This document shows, one piece after another, positions 1-10,489 of a stretch of DNA of 64,000 nucleotides (position 1 is its first letter; each line of letters begins with the position of its first letter). The position numbers and the translations under genes are program-made. The notes beneath the pieces are model-generated. The model worked only from the letters and a program-made list of their open reading frames with translations, searched no databases and was not told the DNA's origin. This DNA comes from Eledone cirrhosa. Lineage: Eukaryota. The DNA lies in NCBI GenBank assembly GCA_964016885.1, contig OZ024740.1, positions 162,006,001 through 162,070,000 of the forward strand. The letters are read 5' to 3'.

Positions 1-14
1 ACACACACACACAC

Positions 15-71
<57 letters not shown>
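1..71. repeat. Compound (AC)n/(TA)n/(GA)n microsatellite
   Basis: Directly visible dinucleotide runs. Confidence 0.95.
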
Positions 72-613
72 TAACATATATGATTCTGGTCCCAAGTTTT
101 GTCTATCAATGAATCTTCTTTGAAATCTTTTATTTATATTACTGTGAGTCATCTTCAGCAGTGAATATCATATGATATGTAAGGTCTTGCCATGTTAAGG
201 CATCATTGTGAGTACTGCAAAAGAATTATCACCTACTGTAATAATCACAGCGAAACAAATAGACCAACCAGATTAATAAACTAGAAAAACAATATAATTG
301 GAGTAGGCTATTTCTGACTTTGTAAACATTGAATATAACAGATGTTGCACCAGATGGAAATTCTTTTTATAATCTCTACACAAGATATTTCTTTGAGATA
401 AAAAAAAAGAGGGGGAAAAAAAAAGACCTAAAGTTATAGAAAAAAGATTGGGCTAACATGATTTTGTAATATAACTATACATTTTTGTGCACAGATGCAT
501 ATACACATGCAAAGATACATAATTTATCTAAAACATATAAATTTTCAAAATACCTTTTTTTTATGGCAATACCCTATATATATATATATACACACATATA
601 TACAGAGTGAGCA

Positions 614-616
<3 letters not shown>

Positions 617-699
<83 letters not shown>
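617..699. repeat. (GA)n microsatellite
   Basis: About 40 GA units; explains the spurious RERE/SLSL ORFs. Confidence 0.97.
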
Positions 700-707
<8 letters not shown>

Positions 708-749
708 CCTGAAAAAGGCTCGCTAAACACACAAGCTGAAACCACTTAG

Positions 750-945
750 AGTCGCGGTGAGGATTTTTGGTTGCAGCATCTGTCAAGATGTTTTTTTAAT
801 GGAAGAGGCTCTCACTGTGACATGTTCCTTGATCTGTATGCGTAGCCTCCTTATGGTACTTCCGATATATGAAGAGCTATATTTTTGCATGTGATCTTAT
901 AGACCACATATGCTCTCATGCCCACTTTTGTGTTGTTGCATATAT
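750..945 (-). pseudogene. Penelope-like element GIY-YIG endonuclease relic
   Basis: Minus strand reads VVYKITCK, then after a 1-nt frameshift YSSSYIGSTIRRLRIQIKEHVTVRASSIK. This matches the PLE pattern VVY-x-I-x-C-x2-C-x3-YIG-x-T-x-R-x-L-x2-R-x2-EH, with the second Cys and one Arg altered. Confidence 0.8.
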
Positions 946-1131
946 TGTTAAAAAATGTTTTTAATATAACTTTCTTCTCAATGTGCATGTTATATTTCAA
1001 ACAAAAATATACTACCTTTCTTTCTACATTATCCAAAGAAAATTATGAGAGGTTTAGTTAAATAACCTAACTTTCAGTAATTTAATAGAGATGGTTTCAG
1101 ACAGACTGATGTTTAAATGGTTAATTATATA

Positions 1132-1189
<58 letters not shown>

Positions 1190-1193
<4 letters not shown>

Positions 1194-1250
1194 TCTACTA
1201 TTGGCACAAGGCCAGCAATTACCCAGTACTTTATTTTATCGACCCCATAA
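1190..1250 (-). mobile_element. 3' fragment of Nin/Deu-domain SINE
   Basis: gtttctactattggcacaaggccagcaattacccagtactttattttatcgacccc matches the 3' end of the full copies at 14803 and 29935. Confidence 0.85.
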
Positions 1251-4200
1251 GACAAACAGGCAACTGCATCTTAACCTCATCAGTCACTTTGCCTTTATGC
1301 AATTATGTGCATTAAGGTGGTATTGCACTTGTAATGCCAGTTTGCACCTCAGTTTCGAGAACTGCATGTGAGACGGTATCAAAACAGGACAGGACAGGAA
1401 AATATACTAATATTTTTAAAGGGTATCATATTCTTAATATAGGTTTATTCTAAAGTTCTAGTAAATAGTGTATGAGTGCAAGTGTGTGGTGTGCATGTAT
1501 GTAATAACATGTGGAGTGCTATGTACAACTGAGTAAATAGATAATGATCATTATACATAAGGAAGTGAGCAAAAATGTTTATACATTTTTTTAAAATCAA
1601 GGAAAAGACAAAGAAACTTGCAATGGGCATGAGTGGAATCTATTTAAATTTAGTCTACATATATATTTTATCTCTTAGAAAGATCTAATTAGAAACAAGT
1701 GCAGAAAGATGCTAACTGAAAATGTTTTATTAGGTGGATAGTAGTAGGAAATATACTCCCCCATAAAATCAATTGCAGCACCCCACTAAAAAAGAAATCA
1801 ACACAGAATATAAAGCTATGGAAACATGGATGTAAAACAAGAAACAAAAATTTATTGCTGTAAATATATAAGGGTATTATTTTTAAAGAAGAGTTAATCA
1901 CTCTACCTTAAAATCCTCTCAGTGGATTTTATTTGTTGATACGTTTTTTGTTTTTTTTAATGTAACTAATGTATGCTACAATTTACAAGGTTCATGACAT
2001 GGGACTCTGAATAAGAAAGGATTCTAGTTGTAGTTCAAGATGTTTTAAGAATGGAAAGAACACGGAATGTTGAAATTCATATTTTGCTGCTACTGATGAT
2101 GATGATGATAAGGTGATGGTGAGGAGAGACATGTAAATTATTGTTTGCTAGATAAGCTTACTTTATTGTATAATAATGGATGTCGTAATGTTCAACAAAG
2201 AATACTAGCGATTTAATCTACTTCATTTTTTTTTCCAACACCGCCTGTGCTAATTTTGTTTACAGTAATGGAGGAAGAACAGAACAGTTGCATCACTACA
2301 GCTGTTGCACTATATTCTCACCACCACCACCACCATCACCACAATTAAGTTCCAGTACCAAACTTAGCTTTAAAACAAAACAGCTGGAAGTAATTTGGAC
2401 AAAGATGATGCATGAGTGCCTCAACATAGCAGAAAACTACCTAGATTGAAAGATAAGAAGGGAACGATTTCCAGCAGAGCCTACTTAAGACAACAGCACC
2501 GGGCAGTCAAAGTTGTTGAATAACATGATAAATGGCAGAACCAGATTGACAAAAGTGACAAATGGCCTACAAGAGAGCACTGCAATAAGGCCTTCATCAG
2601 GCAATACTTACCCAATCTAATAATTAATTCAAAGATCATGCATCAACTTAGATTGTTATATGATGTGATAAATGGTGGACCTAGATTGACAAAACATGGC
2701 AAATGGCCCAAGGTAAAAAGTTCATTAGTTTGAACTTCAACATGTTGTTCTTGCCTATCGTAATAATTAATTTAAAGACCACACCAAGAAAATAAATTAA
2801 TTTTGGATCCAACAACAATCAAGGATTAATCATTCAATCTGTTGAATGTTAATTAAACTCAGTTTCATGTAAATTAAAACAAATTGAATACTATTGATAA
2901 ATTAAAACAAATTGAATACTATTGAATGAATCAGGTGCAGCAGCTTAACAATATGTCTTATTTCCTTAAATATATTCATACTGTCTGCAATGCAGAGCTT
3001 TCTAAAATATGATCTAGTCATCTAGAATTTTCCATCAGTTTTGATGATGACTGTTCTATTTGTTCAATCAATGGAATAGCTTGCTTAAGAAATTAACATG
3101 TAAGAGGCTGAGCCTTTTACAGATACGCATACTCTTAACATAATTCTCAAAGAGATTCAGTGTGACATTGTACTTGAGATGGATTACAGTTAGTCCAGAC
3201 GACTGGTTTCCAAACAGTTTCTGTTGATTCAAATTCACTCACATGACAAGGGTCAACCTAAGGCTATGGTAAATGATACTTGCTCAAGATCTTATACAGG
3301 CATTCCTTGACCCTTTCCTTTCTCCATCAGCTATTATTTTCCAACAACTTGCATGTGATGCAATATCCATTATTCTCAGAATATATTCATTCACTGTATA
3401 CATTGACTAACAAGGCATCAGTTTGGATGGCAGTGGATGTGCAGAATTGTTACAGCATTGATCGAGATATTTTGCAGATGGTAAACTGATCTGAAATGAT
3501 GTTTAACTCAAAATTAGCCTCGACTGAGCAGGTTTTCTAACCATGGCTAACCCATCAATGTTTCAGGCTTTGCATACCCAATAAGAACTTTTAACAGAGT
3601 AGGGTTTGGTTTGAGGGAGATTTGACTTCTATATCTCTACCATTGGCTCATGAACAGCTTCTTTTATATTTTGAGTCTAGCTAGAAGCAATAAGAACAAT
3701 GCTTTTGTACACAAAATAATTTATCATTAAAATACTATTTAAGTTAACATGAACTCGGTTGATGCCTTCATTTGACTAAGTTAACTTACAGCTACTATTA
3801 TTGCATGTACAGGTTCATATTATACATCTATGTGTTAAATATATCTATCATCATGTGACTATATGTATAAATATATATATATGTGTGTATGTATATGTGT
3901 ATGTATGTATGTATATAAACAAACAAACACACATCACCTCATTATATTCTCTCACCTGTTACTAACATAACACCTACCTACATTTAGCAAAACAATACAG
4001 CTATAAATATTCACTTTATTGTGTTTGCAACAAAAACAGTTTAATTGAATCTTATTTTAAGTAATTATCATGCAACTGAAAGCAACACCTTTGGGTTCAC
4101 ATGACACAAAGGTGAACTCATTTCTGCTTTACTTTTTCAAAAAACAAAATAGCCCTAAACATTTATTTTCATGAGAGAAAATCAAAATAAAGTCACCAAC

Positions 4201-4415
4201 ACACATGTTTAGAAACATTAAATATTTAACAAACTTATTTATATACAGAGTCACACACACATTCACATATATACATTTCTTAAATTGGTAAATAATGTCA
4301 ATATATCTTGTAATATTGGCAATTCTAATTACAATTGGAATTCAGTAGAAGAAAACTGCAGAAATGCTGTGCATACACAAATATAGACACAACCACACAC
4401 ATATACATACATACA

Positions 4416-4446
<31 letters not shown>

Positions 4447-5877
4447 TATATATATATGTTTGCTTCTTTACCACAGGGCCTTAGATGACTATCTAACCCC
4501 CACTTTGGCCACATACATTGTCAACAGGGTATATGCCCTTGTGCATTCATCCAAAATGGACAGCAAATGGGTATAAATGATAGCTGGCAGGACTTAATAC
4601 ACGTAGATATCTTGTACTTCTCTCCAGACATAAGAAGATATAAACATCTAAGTTTGCCCAATCAACGTTCACTGATACATAAAATGAATGTCTTGTTTCA
4701 GTGTGGCAATTCATTATTCGATGTTGAAAGAGCTGTAAACAGAAGGTGTATGCAATGTGAGGAGTTCAAACTGAAGACATATATATAGTAACTTAACCAT
4801 TCATCCAAATAAACATCAGATTGAAATAAGTAATGCAGGTCAGTTTGATCAACTAAATCCCTTCAAGGTGGTGTCCCAGTGTTGCCACAGTTGAATGACT
4901 AAAACCAATAAATGAAAAAATACCTTACGGAATCTATTTTTAAACATTTAAATATCTTTCTAAACACGATTACCAAGCATACTTTCTCATGACCTCACTG
5001 TAGTTTTCTATCCAGCTTGAGAAGTAAGGTAACAATTGTTAAGCATATATTGAATTTCAAGAGAAAAATCCAATATTTCATAATAGCTTAAGCAAATTTT
5101 ATTTACAGGATAAGAATGAGCTACTGTTGAGGGTATGAATTTAATGAAAGGTTGTGGGATTAAAGAGGCCTCAAAATATTCTAAGTGTAGTAGTAGTAAT
5201 AGTGTGCACAGTCAACACACACAAATAAAATGAATTTGGATTAAATATAAGTAGGAGTACTTAGTTGACCATCATAAACTATGTCAAAGAAAACCAGATA
5301 TAAAAACTTGAAATGGAAATTGCTAGTATTAAATCTACATTTGCAGTACTTATTCAAATTATAAATGAATATATCAGAAGAGAAGTTTAGAAGAGAGGTA
5401 CCTAAGATATTAATATATTTAAAGATAATGCAGGCATAGCTGTGTGAACCATATGGGTTCAAGTTCATTCACACTGTGTGGCATCTTGGTAGAGGGAAAC
5501 CATGTGTATATACTTAAATTAACCATATAAAACAGCATGATGGCTGCATCACATTACCCAAATAATGCAAATTTTCACAATGATCTGTCCACTAGTAAAG
5601 CTGTTACAAATGTTTGAATTAACAAACTGGTTTTTAGACATTTTCTGCCAAATCATAACAGTATGTTAAGAATTAAGTTAGGATTAAAAAAAAAAATATA
5701 TATATATCAGGCCTGAATTACCACATATGGGTTGCACATCAAAACTTGCTCTGGTCAACATAGTCTAAGCATAAAGGGGCAATATCAATATATATATATA
5801 TTTGACTGAATACAATTTAACAGGATGAATACAGCAATGACACATTCCTTTAGCAGAGTGTGGGGCAGAATAAAATA

Positions 5878-5938
5878 ATTGTTTCTACTTTTGGCACAAG
5901 TCCAGCAATTACCCAGTGCATTACTGGTACTTTATTTT
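5878..5938 (-). mobile_element. 3' fragment of Nin/Deu-domain SINE
   Basis: Near-identical to the 3' 60 nt of the full copies; similar fragments at 21283-21360, 47935-47998 and 51010-51170. Confidence 0.85.
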
Positions 5939-6004
5939 AAAATAATGAATGGGGATAAATATCTAAATATCCAACCACTCTTAGACGCGAGTCTACATGT
6001 GAAC

Positions 6005-6096
6005 ACACATCTGAGGAGCTTCCGATTTCAGAGTCAGGATAAATTATTAATCGATCGTTACTCAAGCAGATCGACAGTGAAACATATGTAATATGT
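6005..6096 (+). ncRNA. Minimal type I hammerhead ribozyme (Penelope/retrozyme-type), slightly decayed
   Basis: Stem I acacat/atatgt; core CTGAGGA (6011-6017); long imperfect stem II gcttccgatt...gatcgacagt; GAAA (6079-6082); palindromic stem III acatatgt; GUA triplet ending at 6090. Confidence 0.7.
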
Positions 6097-7991
6097 AATT
6101 AAATATGTATATGATGCAACCCTGTTCATTGTTTGTCCCTTATATATATATATGACATATCAAAGAAAACTAGACATTAAAACTTGGATCAACATTAGTA
6201 TTAGTTATTCAAATGATATATCAGAAGTAACGTTTACAAGATAGGTGTCAAAGATATTAATATACTTAAATATAGCAGTAATAAAAGATTAGAAATTTTG
6301 TTTTTTTAAATCATAATAATTTGCCCAAATGAATCTTGAAGAAGAAGCAGTAGGTTTCCTTAACAGTTTAGTATTATGTTTTAACTTTTAATCAGTGTGA
6401 AGCCAAAGTTTGTTAGAAACAATAAATTATAATTCACAGCAAGTCTAAAATTCTTTTAACAGATATTGTTGGCAGTTGTTTGTTACATCACTAAATTTAG
6501 ATGGAAAAAAAAAAAAAAGCTAAATTTTTATGAAGCTAGATTAAAAAGCAACAACAACAAAACAGAATAATTTTGATAATTTCACCTAAATACAAAACCT
6601 ATAGAGACATGAACCAACGTGGGGGAAGCCTTTGTGTGGTTGCTCATCCAGCCAGAAATAAGAACCCAATTTTCCTCATATCTCCACCACTGGACACATT
6701 GGATGATGTAGTCCAAGGTACACAAAGTCAGAATAAATATGAAATAAAAATCCAGGATGGTCATGATCGGAATGCCTTTGACTACAGTTCTTCCTTGAAT
6801 AGGGCCAGCATGTGACTAAAACAATAACAATTTGAACTCTAAATGCAAATTCTGTTATATAATATTACATGTACACACATAAAGTACTGACCCAGTGTTG
6901 GTGCAGCCATCTCTCCCTTTAGCAAGGTGAAAGGTGAGAGCACCAAAAGGGTGGATGGGGTGTCAGCTCACAGCTACATGGGCATCTTAATCAATTACAA
7001 AAAGCATGGTACATACCAGTAATAAGTCATTCTCCATTACAAGTGATGACTGTTGTACATAGATACAGTTTTATAAGAGAAAATAGAAATAGAAAATAAG
7101 AGAAACAAAAATAACATTCTGTACTATAAATATTTTGAAAAGTTCTATGGTTACCAATGTTCAAACACAGGTACCATACCAAAGAATTTACATTGTAGAA
7201 CAATACATACAAAACTGCACTTAATGAACCTCTGAGGCAAAGGATTTGGTTTCAAAATCTGTTATGTAGGTCAGAATTGTTTGTCATAGATTGGAATTTA
7301 GTCAATATTTACAAAATATTCTTAAATGAATGAGACTTATGGTTTCTATAAGCAAATAAGTATAATATTATAAATTCCACAAATTCAAAGAAAGCTGCTT
7401 ATATCTTCAAGATTGAATCTTGTTGCAACAATTACCATACATACTGGTGTATATGTCATATACTTATTTTATATACATTTACAATGTGGCATGTATTTTG
7501 AACTAAAGTTTTGTAGGCCCAGTCAATAAGTTGTTAGTTGGTAAATGTATACACACTTTCAAGAGCATTCTAATAAATATTGCCTATACAGGTAATCAAA
7601 GAGTGTATATATTTTTGGGGGACCCATGCTAGCGTGGAAGATATATGTTAATCGATGATGATGATGAATCATCCTCACTATTTAATGTCTGTTTTCCATG
7701 TTTCAATATCATCATCATCATCATCATTGTCATAGTTTTAATGCCTGCTGTCCCTGCTAGCAAGGGTTGGATGGGTCTACATAGACTAAGTCAGTATATA
7801 TATAAATCAGAAGTCCAGCCAAGCACTCGATAAGGTATAAAACCTTACAGTAATAACATTCCGTTTAAAGGGCTTTGCAAATTGAAGATAACGACTGGTA
7901 ATTCAGCAACGAAAGAACTGACTCGCGAGAAAAAATACACACATATATATATATAAAAGAAATTTTGCTTCAAGCATAGATTTATACAATA

Positions 7992-8037
7992 TGTATAGAA
8001 ATTTCGTATTTCTTTAGAAATACGAAATTTCTATACA
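7992..8037. repeat. Perfect 22-bp-arm palindrome
   Basis: tgtatagaaatttcgtatttct-tt-agaaatacgaaatttctataca. Confidence 0.95.
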
Positions 8038-9871
8038 CATATATATATACACATACACATACATGTACATATTGTATATACTCAGGTAGCTATGCAGAGC
8101 CCGATAAGTCACATATTGTATTTTCATAGAAAAAGCTGTGACTTGTACAGTGTATATACAGTAGTTAAAAGACAGTTTAGATTTATGTTTGTAAAATCTT
8201 GTTCATATTTGTAACAGGGAAAAAGGAAATAGGCATAAAAAATTCCAAAGATCTTTTAATATCAATTAACACATTTAATCAACTCTTAATCAACATTAAG
8301 CAAATTCTAATTTTCCCTTTCTGATCTTTTTTTTTTTCTTTTTTTTAATCAACGAAAAAAAATCCTGTCTTTACAATCACCACCATACCACCTTGCCCTG
8401 ACACATATACATATGCATGGTAAATGTAGAAATCTGTTTCAATCATTAAGTGAGAAGAAGAGAAGGAGAAGAGGAGGAGAAGGAGAAGAGGAGGAGGAGA
8501 AGAAGCTTAACTACTTACATTGGAATAAATATGTAGGAAATCTGAAGATGTAAAATCATTAGTAATTTTTAGAATTGGAGGTGGTCTTAGTTAACCCCCC
8601 CCCCCCACCCCACACACACACACTTATCTCCAGGTTCTGTGTTGAAATCACATCAGGCTCCCATAAAGTTTCCAGTTACCAACTTTCACTCACAAGACGA
8701 TGATCAGCTCAAAGTAACCTGAAGAAAACACTTGCCCAAGATAATGAAAAATAAAACATTCTGGGTGATAGAAAATTGGCTGTAACTAACATATATCCAC
8801 ACAAGAATGAAACTTAGGGCTATCTGTTGAAACTAGCTTTTAATGTCTTGTACTACATGAAATTGCCCGATATGCAAGTCCTTTTTGAAAAATACAAAAC
8901 AACACCATGACTGAATCACATTAAAAATTAAAGAGTTTAGTTTAATTGTAAAGTTTCACAATGGTCTGCCTGTTAGTAAAGGTACTATAAACATTTAAAT
9001 CAAACCTGTTTTTAGATATTTTCTATTAAATCATTTCAGCATGTTAAGAATTAATATGAAATATGTAATGAAAGCTGAGCTGAATGGTTGAGGTGCTTGA
9101 TTATAAAACTTTTGTTGTAACCAGCATTTTATTGTGATTCATGGTAAGGCAAATCATTTGCCATTCTACCACTGTTAAAAGAATCAAAATAAAAATGATT
9201 TAGTCTCAGAAGAACAATTATGAGATGTGTCGCTAACTCCTGACCTATCTGACAGATCAGTAGCTCAAGTACTGACTTGGTCTGTGACTCAACCAACCAT
9301 TGCTGGCAGGAAAACCAGACCTAAATAATATATATATACATACACACACACACACATATATATATCCATACATATATATATATATATACATATAGAGATT
9401 ACAATAATCAAAGTTCAGTTTAAATCATTTATTTGCTTACAATTGTTTCCTCCAAACCGAGGTTTGGATTCTTCGGAGCAACTATTTAGTGATCTATAAC
9501 ATACTTGACCTCTTTTCCAACACAAGAGACATATAAAAACATATGCATATATTGACCCACAGTGGGATGACATCCATCAAAATGATATAGCATGGCAATT
9601 TACATATAAAGGTTAAAGGATAAAAATAAAAATAAAAATAAAAATAAAAATAAAAATGAAACATTGGCAGTTTATGAAGATAAAGCAAGAGGAAAGTTTA
9701 GAGTAGTCAGTGTATGAAGCAATCTCACATGTAGCATGCACGCGTGTCTTATTTATACAGGATTAGAGTGCGGCAAATTGTTACTTGCAGGGTCAGGCAG
9801 TTGAAGCAGGCAATCGATATTATTATGTGGGCTGAATTGTTAAATCATTTTTTCGCATACACCTGATATCG

Positions 9872-9950
<79 letters not shown>

Positions 9951-10090
9951 TATATATATATACATATATATATATATATCATCATCATCATCATCATCAT
10001 CATCAACGTTTAACGTCCGTGTTCCACGCTTGCATGGGTTTGGACGGGGGTTTTCCCACTTGAGGCAAGAGTGATTGTCTTGCTCGCATA

Positions 10091-10321
10091 GGACTGTCTG
10101 GCGGGTTTTCTACAGCTGGATGCCCTTCCTAATACCAACCACATTTACAGTGTGGGGCTGGGAGGTTTTAACTGTGTTGCCTACACGGCCACATTACAGC
10201 GTGGACTGTCTGGCGAGTTTTCTACAGCTGGATGCCCTTCCAAACACCAACCACATTTACAGTGTGGGGCTGGGAGGTTTTTACCGTGTTGCCTACACGG
10301 CCACATTACAGCGTGGACTGT
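10091..10321. repeat. Tandem 112-bp duplication in RTE 3' UTR
   Basis: Unit ggactgtctggcg...ccacattacagcgt starts at 10091 and 10203; a third partial unit starts at 10315. Confidence 0.92.
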
Positions 10322-10489
10322 GTGTTTTTTTGTCGTGACATCTACACGATCTCATTTGTTTCGGCCTGGATGTTGTGGCACCAACATAACTTTACATTGA
10401 AAGGGGCGGTGTGGATGGGGTGGGGGTGGTGGGACGGGGGTGTATTTTGTTAGAGATGCCTACTGACTGTAGTAGGTTTTACTTTGTAT

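Noticed and set aside
1255-1290. Minus-strand CTGATGAG with a short stem (also about 2590 and 33870)
   Set aside because: No GAAA or stem III/I follows; at most a truncated hammerhead half.
495-1371. ORFs with RERE/SLSL/YIYI runs (also 13863-14109, 16398-16787, 21811-22081, 23625-23973, 44512-44814)
   Set aside because: Translations of dinucleotide microsatellites, which lack stop codons.
7870-7930. ttgaaga...cgaaag hammerhead-like string
   Set aside because: The core C is missing and the stems do not pair convincingly.
10403-10441. G-rich possible G-quadruplex
   Set aside because: Simply the complement of a C-rich stretch in the RTE 3' UTR; no evidence of function.
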